From NCBI GenBank assembly GCA_023251235.1, contig JAHEZE010000004.1:654-64653 (forward strand): a DNA stretch of 64,000 nucleotides. Direction: 5' to 3'. The stretch comes from Sphingobacteriales bacterium. GTDB lineage: Bacteria > Bacteroidota > Bacteroidia > Chitinophagales > Chitinophagaceae. The notes under the pieces were generated by a model that ran no database searches, was not told the origin of the DNA, and saw nothing but the letters and a program-made list of their open reading frames with translations. Position numbers and translations under genes: made by a program. This document shows, piece after piece, positions 35,481 through 44,754 of this stretch (position 1 is its first letter; each line of letters opens with the position of its first letter).

Positions 35481-36137
35481 TTACCACAAAGCAACCACTG
35501 TGATCCCGCCCTGGGTTTTCTCGCCAATCTTCACCTGCACTTTTGCATTTAATGGCATTAACAAATCAACCCGTGAACCGAATTTAATAAACCCCATTTC
35601 TTCTGATTGTTTTACCTGTTGCCCGGGATGAAGATAATTGACAATTCTTTTTGCCAATGCCCCGGCAATTTGTTTTACAAGAAGCTCTTTCCCGTTTTTT
35701 TTATATACAACAGTATGCCTTTCATTTTCAACAGAAGATTTCGGGTGCCAGGCCACTAAGTATTTTCCTTTATGGTATTGGCTGTAAACTATTTCACCTT
35801 TTACGGGATTCCGGTTTACATGTACATTCAATGGACTCATAAAAATTGAAACCTGGATTCTTTTGTCGGTAAAATACTCATCTGACTGTACTTCTTCAAT
35901 AGCCACCACCTTACCATCGGCAGGGGCTACAATGGCCTCCTCCTTATTTGTCAATACCCTGGCGGGTATGCGGAAAAAAGAGAAAATGAAAACCAGCAGG
36001 GAAAGTGTTAAAATAAAAATTATCCAGCTAACATCCGGAAAAGAAAAACTGATAAAGTAAAAGGAAAAGATATTGAGAACGCCAAATAGTATAGTACTCA
36101 ATGCTATGATTTTATATCCCTCCTTATGAATGGTCAT
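35481..36137 (-). CDS. psd: Phosphatidylserine decarboxylase
   Basis: ATG at 36137 gives MTIHKEGYK. It has an FGSRV processing-site-like motif and two N-terminal TM segments. Confidence 0.85.
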   Translation of the reverse strand: MTIHKEGYKIIALSTILFGVLNIFSFYFISFSFPDVSWIIFILTLSLLVFIFSFFRIPARVLTNKEEAIVAPADGKVVAIEEVQSDEYFTDKRIQVSIFMSPLNVHVNRNPVKGEIVYSQYHKGKYLVAWHPKSSVENERHTVVYKKNGKELLVKQIAGALAKRIVNYLHPGQQVKQSEEMGFIKFGSRVDLLMPLNAKVQVKIGEKTQGGITVVALW

Positions 36138-36159
36138 TGACAAATAGTTGGAGAGCAAA

Positions 36160-36188
36160 TATAAGAAAAATGGCAGGTGGCCTTGCCC
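36160..36188 (-). terminator. Possible terminator after cdsA (GGCAAGG/CCTGCC hairpin plus T-run on the minus strand)
   Basis: The minus strand reads gggcaaggccacctgcc followed by atttttctt. The stem has one bulge and resembles a degenerate copy of the CCTGCC/GGCAGG palindrome family. Confidence 0.4.
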
Positions 36189-36237
36189 AATAAAGCTTCA
36201 GTCAAGATAGCTAAGTATTGAATAAATTTATGTGTTG

Positions 36238-37125
36238 TTATTTTATAAAAAGTAATACATAGAACCAAACTGCAGGTATCGCTAAGAGCATAGAATCAAA
36301 GCGATCAAGAAAACCCCCGTGCCCCGGCATAAGGTCGCCGCTGTCTTTTACACCCGCCATTCGCTTTAGTTTGGATTCAAGCAAATCGCCAAAGGTGCCA
36401 ATAATTGAAGCAATTGCTGCTATTGTAGCCAGAAAGTAGTTAATATAATTTTCGTTTAAAGAATAAAATGTTTTCATAAATAAAAAACCAACTACAACTA
36501 TACAAAGAATTATACCCCCAATTGTTCCCTCCCATGTTTTTTTAGGTGAAATTCCCGAAAGATGTGTTTTCCCGATTAACGAGCCAACTACATAAGCCAG
36601 CGTATCATTGATCCAGATACTTGCTACTATTACAACAGGAATAAAATTACCTGCAGTAATAAATCCTGTGTCATTAATATGTACATCTATTTCCTGGTAT
36701 AAATTCATCATCAACCCCCAACTCAAAGAAATATAAAACAATCCCAAAGCAGCTGCGCCAAATTTTTTCCAATTAATTTTTTTGCCTTGGAAGATCCCCA
36801 ATACAAGGAAAACAAACCCAGCCACAGAAACCGGAAAGGAAAAATTTTCTTTAAGGCTAAAATTATTTATTTTAAATACCGGCCCGCAAAACCAGAGTAT
36901 AACAGCATAGCCCAACAGCATAAATGCAAGGCGGGTATAACGATGATAAATCGTATTATTAATTTTTTCCTGCAGGTTGAAATACTCCCACCAGCAACCA
37001 AAATGAATGATGGAAAACAAAATCAAAAAACTCCACTGATTCCACAGTAAGCCAGTCAACATTACCGCTGCAAATACGATTGCCGTCAGTGTTCTTGTTT
37101 GAAATGTTTTCCAGTTAAAGGCCAT
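36238..37125 (-). CDS. cdsA: Phosphatidate cytidylyltransferase
   Basis: 295 aa, polytopic, with SPKKTWEG and GHGGFLDRFDS motifs. Confidence 0.9.
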   Translation of the reverse strand: MAFNWKTFQTRTLTAIVFAAVMLTGLLWNQWSFLILFSIIHFGCWWEYFNLQEKINNTIYHRYTRLAFMLLGYAVILWFCGPVFKINNFSLKENFSFPVSVAGFVFLVLGIFQGKKINWKKFGAAALGLFYISLSWGLMMNLYQEIDVHINDTGFITAGNFIPVVIVASIWINDTLAYVVGSLIGKTHLSGISPKKTWEGTIGGIILCIVVVGFLFMKTFYSLNENYINYFLATIAAIASIIGTFGDLLESKLKRMAGVKDSGDLMPGHGGFLDRFDSMLLAIPAVWFYVLLFIK

Positions 37126-37166
37126 GAGAGCAGATGATAATTTATTAGTGGACAGATAATAGTTCT

Positions 37167-38120
37167 TTAAACGGAAAATGGATTATCGTTTTCAATTTTA
37201 TCTCCGGCATAAATAGTTTCATAACTGGCAGTTGATCTTTTTTTCATATTGTAAATAACAGCAGCAACCAACATGGCACTTACTAATGCCGCAATAACCT
37301 GATTGCCGGCATTGAATACAGGGGTTTCCTGGTCCGCATAAGAAGGATTGAAATAAACCATCACCACTGCAAAGCCATCATATACAAAATGCGCAAGTAT
37401 AGCGGGCCACAAACTGCCGCTGTACCAATAAATCATCCCCAACAGTATGCCAAGAATAAATCTTGGAATAAACCCATAAAATTGGAAATGAATTGCTGAA
37501 AAAAGAAATCCTGTTATTATTATTCCTATCCATACACTTTTAAACCATTTAATAAAAATCCTTTGCAATACTCCCCTGAAAAAAAGCTCTTCACCAATGC
37601 CTGCAAAACCTGCGATGAAAAGAAGATTCATCAGCAGATCTTTTACTGTATTTTTCTTTAATAAAAAAGCGACTTGTTTCGCGGCAGACTCTTCACTTTC
37701 TTTCATCCATTTACCAAGGGCAGTAGATTCAGGGATAAGCCGGTGATTAATAATTCCGGTCCATTCCACAAATGGAATTGCCACAATTAATACTGCTGCA
37801 CCTAATAAAAAATAAAGCGGAATAGATGATTTTAAACCTAAATATCTTAATGGATTTGCATCAGAGAAATAAGCAAAAAGAAAACAGGGAATAACAAATA
37901 AGCTCAGAAACTGGATCAACAGTAAACCTCTGACTATTGTGAGTGTAACAGGGCTTTCATAATCCCATTTTTCAGTATCCGCCATAGCCAGCATACTTAA
38001 GCCGGTTACTTTGGAAAGAATAAGCATGCCGACCATACTGAGTATGATAAAAGAGCCAAAAGCCAGTCCTATAAACATTAAGAATTGCGCCCATGCCGGT
38101 CTTGTTTTTAAATACATCAT
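37167..38120 (-). CDS. CPBP family intramembrane glutamic endopeptidase (CAAX protease type)
   Basis: It has EELFFRG and FSAIHF/HFVYD motifs. The likely start is the ATG at 38120. The ORF-track extension to 38183 is a TTG reading through the palindromic element. Confidence 0.8.
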   Translation of the reverse strand: MMYLKTRPAWAQFLMFIGLAFGSFIILSMVGMLILSKVTGLSMLAMADTEKWDYESPVTLTIVRGLLLIQFLSLFVIPCFLFAYFSDANPLRYLGLKSSIPLYFLLGAAVLIVAIPFVEWTGIINHRLIPESTALGKWMKESEESAAKQVAFLLKKNTVKDLLMNLLFIAGFAGIGEELFFRGVLQRIFIKWFKSVWIGIIITGFLFSAIHFQFYGFIPRFILGILLGMIYWYSGSLWPAILAHFVYDGFAVVMVYFNPSYADQETPVFNAGNQVIAALVSAMLVAAVIYNMKKRSTASYETIYAGDKIENDNPFSV

Positions 38121-38160
38121 AGTTAGTAACTCCCGTTTTTGATTTGTAAATTTGCAGGTT

Positions 38161-38182
38161 CCTGCCGAATGGCAGGCAGGCA
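38161..38182. repeat. GC-rich palindromic element copy 2 (cctgccgaatggcaggcaggca), intergenic
   Basis: Read directly, between the CPBP protease gene and dusB. Confidence 0.85.
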
Positions 38183-38190
38183 AAAGTAAT

Positions 38191-38232
38191 CATTGAAAAT
38201 TGAACATTGATAATTGTGTATTGAACATTTAA
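38191..38232 (+). repeat. Heptamer array (NATTGAA x6) abutting the dusB start codon
   Basis: cattgaa aattgaa cattgat aattgtg tattgaa catttaa, then a ATG at 38234. It is the reverse-complement family of the TCAAT arrays. Confidence 0.8.
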
Positions 38233-38233
38233 A

Positions 38234-39274
38234 ATGATAAAAATCGGTAACATATCACTTCCTGATTTCCCTTTACTCCTTGCACCTATGGAAGATGTAA
38301 GTGATCCTCCCTTCCGTTCAGTATGTAAGGATAATGGCGCCGATCTGATGTTCACAGAGTTTATCTCCAGCGAAGGGTTAATTCGTGACGCAATTAAAAG
38401 CCGAAAAAAATTGGACATATTTGAATATGAACGCCCGGTTGGCATACAAATTTTTGGCGGTGATGAAGAAAGCCTGTCGCTGGCTGCCAAAATTGTTGAT
38501 GTAACTCAACCTGATTTACTCGATATTAATTTTGGTTGCCCGGTAAAAAAAGTGGCGTTACGTGGCGCCGGTGCCGGTGTACTGAAAGATATTGACCTGA
38601 TGGTTCGTTTAACTTCGGCTGTTGTACAATCAACTTCACTGCCTGTAACTGTAAAAACAAGATTGGGCTGGGATGATAATAATAAAAACATTGAAGAGGT
38701 GGCAGAACGGCTGCAGGATGTTGGGATAAAAGCGTTGGCTATTCACGGACGTACAAGAACACAGATGTATAAAGGCGACGCCAACTGGACATTAATTGGC
38801 AAAGTAAAAAATAATCCCCGCATCACTATACCGATTTTTGGCAATGGCGATATTGATTCTCCTGAAAAAGCTTTGGAATATAAAAACCGTTATGGTGTGG
38901 ATGGTATTATGATTGGCCGTGCAGCCATTGGCTATCCATGGATATTTAATGAGATAAAACATTTTATTAAATCAGGTGAGCATTTGCCTTCACCCACTAT
39001 TGATGACCGTGTTGCTGTTTGCCGTAAACATTTATATAAAAGTGTAGAATGGAAAAACTCTGTGGTAGGCATCAACGAAATGCGAAGGCATTATGCTAAT
39101 TATTTAAAAGGATTACCCAATATAAAAGAATATAGAAACAAATTAGTTACACTAAAAACCGTTGAAGAGATTGATGAGGTGCTGAATGATATTCTGAAAA
39201 ATTACGAGGGGTTTGAATTTGAAAAAATGGCAATTGAGTTAATTAACTATCACGAAAAATGCCCGGTGGAGTAA
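38234..39274 (+). CDS. dusB: tRNA-dihydrouridine synthase
   Basis: 346 aa with LAPMEDVSD, NFGCP and TVKTRLGW motifs. Confidence 0.9.
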   Translation: MIKIGNISLPDFPLLLAPMEDVSDPPFRSVCKDNGADLMFTEFISSEGLIRDAIKSRKKLDIFEYERPVGIQIFGGDEESLSLAAKIVDVTQPDLLDINFGCPVKKVALRGAGAGVLKDIDLMVRLTSAVVQSTSLPVTVKTRLGWDDNNKNIEEVAERLQDVGIKALAIHGRTRTQMYKGDANWTLIGKVKNNPRITIPIFGNGDIDSPEKALEYKNRYGVDGIMIGRAAIGYPWIFNEIKHFIKSGEHLPSPTIDDRVAVCRKHLYKSVEWKNSVVGINEMRRHYANYLKGLPNIKEYRNKLVTLKTVEEIDEVLNDILKNYEGFEFEKMAIELINYHEKCPVE

Positions 39275-39279
39275 TTCTG

Positions 39280-39525
39280 TCAGGCATTTCCGGTTTTCAA
39301 ATTTTTTAGTAACCCATAAACAGATATAACTGTCCAGATAGCTTCCAGTATTACAAAGGGCCAGAAAATAATAAGCACAGCGGCGTAGCAACTTAAACCG
39401 CCGCCTATGAAATTCAGAAGATAAAATAGCTTCCCGTTTTCAGGAATCATTTTCATAGTATTAAAAAAATAGGCAAGCAGTACAAGACCAACGCCAATGG
39501 TGCCCATCCAGTCATTATACGTCAT
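39280..39525 (-). CDS. Small 3-TM membrane protein, unknown function
   Basis: 81 aa with three hydrophobic helices. It has a clean ATG and tight spacing to its neighbours. Confidence 0.45.
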   Translation of the reverse strand: MTYNDWMGTIGVGLVLLAYFFNTMKMIPENGKLFYLLNFIGGGLSCYAAVLIIFWPFVILEAIWTVISVYGLLKNLKTGNA

Positions 39526-39567
39526 AATTAGAAATTGATTTGAAGATATTTACAGATGAAGAAGGTT

Positions 39568-40281
39568 TTATTGTACTGTCCTCTTTACAGCATTCAATAC
39601 TTGTTTACTCAATGGAGAAACAGATGGATCAAAATAATTGATAAGTATTCCGTTTTCATTTACCAGGTACTTTGAAAAATTCCAGCTTGGTTTTTTATTG
39701 GTCCAGCCGTTTTTGGTTTTGTCTGTGAGCCACTGAAAGACCGGGTTCTGTTCCGAGCCGGGCTTTACACTGCTTTTTTTTGCAAGAGGAAAACTAACAC
39801 CATAATTTAATTTACAGAATTGTGCTATTTCTTCATCCGTCTTTTTTTCCTGTTGTTTAAAGTCATTGGCAGGAAAACCAATTACCTCCAGCCTGTCTTT
39901 ATTTTCAGAATACAATTTTTGTAATTCATCATACTGGTTGGTGAATCCACAGTCGGATGCGGTGTTTGCCAGCAATAATTTTTTCCCTTTATATTTTGAT
40001 AAGTTAACTATGCTTCCGTTATTCAATGTTATTGAGAGATCATAAATGGATTGTGGCGGTAATGCAAGAGAATCGTTTGTCAAAATTTTACTGTTCCTGC
40101 CGGTTAACCTGTTTATCCAGGTAAATGCAGGGTAAATTGTTTTTAAAACTTTTTGTCGTGTGGTCATGGTTGTATTATTACGGGTGACAACGGCTACATA
40201 ACCGCTAAAGGTGATGATTAACATGAACAAAACTATGCAGAGATTTTTAAGCAATCGGGCTAATTTACTTTTTGTCTTCAT
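39568..40281 (-). CDS. Membrane-anchored glutathione peroxidase family protein
   Basis: ATG at 40281 gives MKTKSKLARLLKNLCIVLFMLII, which looks like an anchor. The Gpx motifs are NTASDCGFTNQY and GFPANDFKQQE. Confidence 0.85.
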   Translation of the reverse strand: MKTKSKLARLLKNLCIVLFMLIITFSGYVAVVTRNNTTMTTRQKVLKTIYPAFTWINRLTGRNSKILTNDSLALPPQSIYDLSITLNNGSIVNLSKYKGKKLLLANTASDCGFTNQYDELQKLYSENKDRLEVIGFPANDFKQQEKKTDEEIAQFCKLNYGVSFPLAKKSSVKPGSEQNPVFQWLTDKTKNGWTNKKPSWNFSKYLVNENGILINYFDPSVSPLSKQVLNAVKRTVQ

Positions 40282-40328
40282 ATGTTGAATAGTATTACCG
40301 AACGTAAAAGTGAGTGACACAACAAAAG
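40282..40328 (+). repeat. 48-nt conserved element, copy A
   Basis: atgttgaatagtattaccgaacgtaaaagtgagtgacacaacaaaag. It directly abuts the gpx-like start codon (CAT|ATG). Confidence 0.8.
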
Positions 40329-40365
40329 TTGAAAAATGCGTTACAACTGATTTCAAAAAATATTT

Positions 40366-41769
40366 TTATCGTATTACCATCTTAAACAATTTCAGTTTTC
40401 CTTTGAATGGCGGGTATTTGATATCCGGATCAAACCAGGTGGGAGTTTTCATAATGGATTTTTTATGGCTGAATGTTTCGAAAGACTGCCTGCCATGATA
40501 ACTGCCTGTACCGCTGAATCCTCTGCCACCAAAAGGAAGATGATCGTTGGTGAGATGCCAGCTGCAATTATTGATACAACCGCCGCCTGCAGGAATGGCT
40601 GCCGACCATTGCTTTGCTTTTTTATCGCTACCCGTAAAAACATAAAAGGATAGAGGATTAGGATTGTTCGCAATTATTTTTAATACTTCTTCTTTTGTAG
40701 TGAAGGAAAGTATAGGTAACACCGGGCCAAATATTTCGTCTTTCATTATTGGTGAATCAGTGGAAACATTATCCAGCAATGTGGGTTCAATATAAAGTTG
40801 CTTGCTGTCATGCTTGCCACCATACACCACATTGCCGTTTGAAAGATAACTGATCACCCGGTTGAATTGTTTTTCATTGATCATACGGCCATAGTTATAG
40901 CTTGATGAAGGATCTTCTGAAAAAAATTTTGGAATGGTTTGTTTCAATTCCTGAATGAAAGCATCTTTTACTGAGTGATGAACGATCACATGATCCGGCG
41001 CTACACACATTTGTCCGCAATTGGAAAATTTTGCCAGGGCAATTCTTCTTGCTGCCACTTTAATATTGGCATCGCTTTCTACAATGCAGGGGCTCTTGCC
41101 TCCCAGTTCCAATGTCACGGGTATTAAATTCTCTGCTGCCATTTTGTAAATTATTTTTCCCACTACCGTACTGCCGGTATAAAAAATATGATCGAATACA
41201 AAGTTGTTCATCAACTGCGGGATGACAGTAACACCATCTCCTTCCATATATAAAATATAATCGGGTGAAAAATTTTCTTCAATAATTTTTTTCATGACAG
41301 CAGAAGTGGCCGGGGCAAACTCACTTGGTTTCAGTACGGCACAATTGCCGGCAGCTATTGCTCCCAACAAAGGATTCATGAGTAATTGAAATGGATAATT
41401 CCATGGACCAATAATAAGCACAACACCCATTGGCTCTTTAGTGATAAAACTCGATGAAGGCAAATTGAGTAAGTTGGTTGCTACTCTTTCGGGTTGCATC
41501 CATTCTTTCAATCCACTCATGATTGTTCTTATCTCACTAAGCACAATTCCAATTTCTGTTACCCAGGTTTCTTCCCTGCTTTTATTAAGATCTTTTTGCA
41601 GTGCATTGTAAATATCTTCTTCGTGTGCAAGTATTGCCGACTTTAGTTTTTTCAATTGCTCTTTTCTGAAAGCATAGGTTCTTGTTTCGCCGGAGTTGAA
41701 TTCTTTTCTTAACGCATCGAGGGAAGGCAAACTCATTTTATAATTTTTAGAGCCGTAATTTACAATCAT
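40366..41769 (-). CDS. Aldehyde dehydrogenase (class 3-like)
   Basis: 467 aa with ELGGKSP and the catalytic Cys context NCGQMCVAPD. The alternative ATG at 41736 (MSLPSLDALRKEF) is a more typical N-terminus. Confidence 0.9.
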   Translation of the reverse strand: MIVNYGSKNYKMSLPSLDALRKEFNSGETRTYAFRKEQLKKLKSAILAHEEDIYNALQKDLNKSREETWVTEIGIVLSEIRTIMSGLKEWMQPERVATNLLNLPSSSFITKEPMGVVLIIGPWNYPFQLLMNPLLGAIAAGNCAVLKPSEFAPATSAVMKKIIEENFSPDYILYMEGDGVTVIPQLMNNFVFDHIFYTGSTVVGKIIYKMAAENLIPVTLELGGKSPCIVESDANIKVAARRIALAKFSNCGQMCVAPDHVIVHHSVKDAFIQELKQTIPKFFSEDPSSSYNYGRMINEKQFNRVISYLSNGNVVYGGKHDSKQLYIEPTLLDNVSTDSPIMKDEIFGPVLPILSFTTKEEVLKIIANNPNPLSFYVFTGSDKKAKQWSAAIPAGGGCINNCSWHLTNDHLPFGGRGFSGTGSYHGRQSFETFSHKKSIMKTPTWFDPDIKYPPFKGKLKLFKMVIR

Positions 41770-41785
41770 TCCCTAACTTAATGCC

Positions 41786-42793
41786 ATGAACGAAACTAAA
41801 ATACGATGGGGCATTCTTGGATGCGGACGTATTGCCAAAAAATTTGCGGCTGATCTGCGATTGGTGGAAGATGCGGAACTGACTGCTGTAGCAAGTCGTA
41901 ATAAAGAAACAGCAGAGCTTTTTGCAAAAAATTTCCCCTGTAAACATGTACATGATAATTATGAATTACTGGCTGCAAATAAAGATGTAGATGTAATTTA
42001 TGTTGCCACTCCACATTCACATCATCATGAGCATGGCTTGCTTTGTTTAAAAAATAATAAAGCTGTACTCTGTGAAAAAGCATTTGCCATCAACCGCAGG
42101 CAAGCAAAAGAAATGATAGCCATTGCCCGGGAGAAAAAGGTTTTTTTAATGGAAGCTCTCTGGACTAAATTTTTGCCTCATTATAAAAAGCTACAGGAGA
42201 TCCTTGAACAAAAAACATTGGGTGATATTAAAAGTGTATTGGTAAATTTTGGATTCAAAGTTTTGCCCAACGCTCCACAAAGATTGTTTGATCCGGCCTT
42301 AGGCGGTGGTACACTTTTAGATATCGGTATTTACAATGTATTTATGGCCATGTCGGTTTTAGGAAAGCCGGATAGCATTGAAGCAACAATGGTGCCTGCT
42401 GTAACAGGTATTGATGAACAGCTTTCGGTTTTATTCAAGTATAACAATGGAGCAATGGCACAGCTCTTCTCATCATTTACAACAAATCTTCCAACACAGG
42501 CGGAAATAAATGGAACCGAAGGATGTATTACACTCACTACAAGATTCTATGAACCTTCTGCAACCATTCAGTTTTACAAACAAGTTTCGGGTGAAAGACA
42601 AACTATTCCTGTAGAAAAAGAAGGCGGCTTTGGTTACCAATATGAAGCAAGACATGTAAATGAATGCCTGAAAAAAGGATTAACTGAAAGCCCTGTGATG
42701 ACTCATGCTGATACTTTATTGTTAATAGAAACAATGGATGAGATAAGAAGGATTGCAGGAATCAGTTATCCTGCCGATAAAAAAGAGATGTGA
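41786..42793 (+). CDS. Gfo/Idh/MocA family oxidoreductase
   Basis: 335 aa with an N-terminal Rossmann WGILGCGRIA and the EKAF motif. Confidence 0.85.
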   Translation: MNETKIRWGILGCGRIAKKFAADLRLVEDAELTAVASRNKETAELFAKNFPCKHVHDNYELLAANKDVDVIYVATPHSHHHEHGLLCLKNNKAVLCEKAFAINRRQAKEMIAIAREKKVFLMEALWTKFLPHYKKLQEILEQKTLGDIKSVLVNFGFKVLPNAPQRLFDPALGGGTLLDIGIYNVFMAMSVLGKPDSIEATMVPAVTGIDEQLSVLFKYNNGAMAQLFSSFTTNLPTQAEINGTEGCITLTTRFYEPSATIQFYKQVSGERQTIPVEKEGGFGYQYEARHVNECLKKGLTESPVMTHADTLLLIETMDEIRRIAGISYPADKKEM

Positions 42794-42854
42794 TTTTAAT
42801 TTAGAAACTTACTATCATCCGTTATAAAATGACTAAAGAATATTTTAAAAAAAG

Positions 42855-44195
42855 TTAGTCTATTATTCTTTTTGATTTCAATAACGGGTTTCTCCATACA
42901 ATGATCCGCCAGATTACCTCTGCAGACAATAATGCACTCAAGGCAAACAATGCCGGGGCAAACATTTTACCGGTGGATAAAAATGCGCTGGAAAGAGCAA
43001 TACAGTATACAGAAACGGGCAATAAAATTAAAAGGCATAATCCCGCTACATTAAGTGGAATTTTATAAGGACGGTGTTCATCTGGAAGACGTATGCGAAA
43101 AACAATCAGGCTGATGAATTCTAAAAACAATGCAGCGCCATAAAGTGTAACATCAATGATGATTAAATCCCCAAAGGTCCAGAAGATCATTCCACTTACA
43201 ACCAATGAGCAAACAATAATTGACAAATAAGGAGTTTTATATTTCGGATGTAGTTCCTGAAGTTTATCCGGGAGCAAATGATCATCGGCCATTGCTTTAG
43301 GAATTCTTGATACAGATAGTAAAACTGCTGAAAATAGGCCGAAAGCACTTGCCATACCCCCGGCGGCAATAAATATTGCCAGCCATTGGCCACCCACAAT
43401 TTTTCCCAATGAAGGGAAGCCTTTTTCATTTAATTCATTAAAATCAATTCCGGAATTTTGTACTGAGATAAGAACAATAAAATAAACAACAAGCACCATA
43501 AGAAATACAATTGCTGTTGAAATAAGATAGGTTCTTACCGGCTTATTTACTTCTTCTGAATAAGTAGTAGTATTATCCCATCCCATAAAATTCCACATCA
43601 GGGTATATATACCCATTCCCAGGGAAGAATAACTAAGGTTTTTTAATGATAAAGAAGGAATGGAAATATTCCCACCATGTTGTGAAATAACCATTCCGAA
43701 AAGAAGAATAAAAGGAATTAGAATAGCAATACTCAACAATACAGATGTTCTTCCTACCTGCACAATGCCAAGAATATTAAGACCTGCTCCCAGCCAGATA
43801 AGAAACAAACAAATCGGAATTTTATATTGAGCAATTTCAGGGAAAAAGAAAGATGCATATTCTACAAATAATACCGGGTAAATAGCAAGATCAACGAAAA
43901 TAGAAAACCAGGTCCACCAGCCTTCATAAAAAGCCCAGCGGATTCCAAGGGCTCTTTTTACCCATTGATAGTAGCCGCCTGTAATCGGCATCATGCAGTT
44001 TAATTCCATCACAATAAAAATGGTGGGTAAATCCCATAAGAGAGGAGTAAGCAGTAATAAGAGAAAAGCTGCATGCTGACCGGCATAAATCATCAACGGC
44101 TCTAATCCATAAGGGCCGCCGGAAACAGTACAGAATATTACTGCTGCCAGTGTGATAATTCGCAGGCCTTTGACTGATGTAGTAGTCTTAAGCAT
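42855..44195 (-). CDS. APC superfamily amino acid permease
   Basis: 446 aa with about 12 TM segments and the N-terminal SGGPYGLE motif. Confidence 0.8.
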   Translation of the reverse strand: MLKTTTSVKGLRIITLAAVIFCTVSGGPYGLEPLMIYAGQHAAFLLLLLTPLLWDLPTIFIVMELNCMMPITGGYYQWVKRALGIRWAFYEGWWTWFSIFVDLAIYPVLFVEYASFFFPEIAQYKIPICLFLIWLGAGLNILGIVQVGRTSVLLSIAILIPFILLFGMVISQHGGNISIPSLSLKNLSYSSLGMGIYTLMWNFMGWDNTTTYSEEVNKPVRTYLISTAIVFLMVLVVYFIVLISVQNSGIDFNELNEKGFPSLGKIVGGQWLAIFIAAGGMASAFGLFSAVLLSVSRIPKAMADDHLLPDKLQELHPKYKTPYLSIIVCSLVVSGMIFWTFGDLIIIDVTLYGAALFLEFISLIVFRIRLPDEHRPYKIPLNVAGLCLLILLPVSVYCIALSSAFLSTGKMFAPALFALSALLSAEVIWRIIVWRNPLLKSKRIID

Positions 44196-44313
44196 AAAAC
44201 GGTAAAACTATTGGAATGAAATTAAAAAAAACAAAAAAATTACTTTCATCAGTAGTGTGAAGACATGGAAGGCTTAGTTGCATAAAAAAGAAATTAGGTA
44301 ATTTCGATATGCT

Positions 44314-44751
44314 ATGACGGACGAATACTTTATGATGCAGGCGCTGAAAGAAGCAAGAAAAGCTTTTGATGAAGATGAAGTGCCGGTAGGAACAGTTGTT
44401 GTGGTAAATGAAAAAATAATTGCCCGGGGTCATAACATGGTGGAACGGTTGAATGATCCAACTGCACATGCTGAAATGATTGCACTTACTTCTGCATTTA
44501 ATTTACTGGGAAGTAAATATTTACCGGAGGCTGCTTTGTATGTTACGGTAGAGCCTTGTTTTATGTGTGCCGGAGCCATGTATTGGAGTAAAATCGGGAA
44601 AGTTGTGTATGGAGCCGAAGATGAAAAAAACGGGTATAAGAAAACAGCAGGAAGCAACTGGCCATTTCATCCTAAAACAGAATTAATAAGAGGGGTGATG
44701 AAAGAAGAATGCAGCAAGCTAATGAAAGATTTTTTTAAAAATAAAAGATAG
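44314..44751 (+). CDS. tadA: tRNA adenosine(34) deaminase
   Basis: 145 aa with the zinc motifs HAEMIA and PCFMCAGA. Confidence 0.9.
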   Translation: MTDEYFMMQALKEARKAFDEDEVPVGTVVVVNEKIIARGHNMVERLNDPTAHAEMIALTSAFNLLGSKYLPEAALYVTVEPCFMCAGAMYWSKIGKVVYGAEDEKNGYKKTAGSNWPFHPKTELIRGVMKEECSKLMKDFFKNKR

Positions 44752-44754
44752 TTT

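Noticed and set aside
4689-38232. Classical slipped-strand phase variation as the function of the heptamer arrays
   Set aside because: Units within each array are mostly non-identical, which strongly reduces slippage. The in-frame arrays sit in essential genes (mutL aside) where ON/OFF switching would be lethal. This is not excluded for the three perfect units in holB or the three in mutL.
37972-38490. 172-aa minus-strand ORF spanning the CPBP start, the intergenic repeats and the dusB 5' end
   Set aside because: It reads through the palindromic element and the heptamer array, and is antisense to conserved dusB motifs. It is an artefact of stop-free repeat sequence.
40282-40317. 11-codon micro-ORFs inside the 48-nt element (MLNSITERKSE in copy A, MVNRITERTSE in copy B at 52236-52271)
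   Set aside because: Nucleotide conservation continues past the stop codon (GACACAACARAAG). In copy C an indel changes the frame and gives a different peptide. The conservation pattern therefore fits a DNA or RNA element rather than a peptide.
40486-40494. ctgcctgcc inside the aldehyde dehydrogenase gene as a fifth palindromic-element copy
   Set aside because: It has no inverted partner. It encodes the conserved ALDH segment YHGRQSF on the minus strand, so the resemblance is most likely coincidental.
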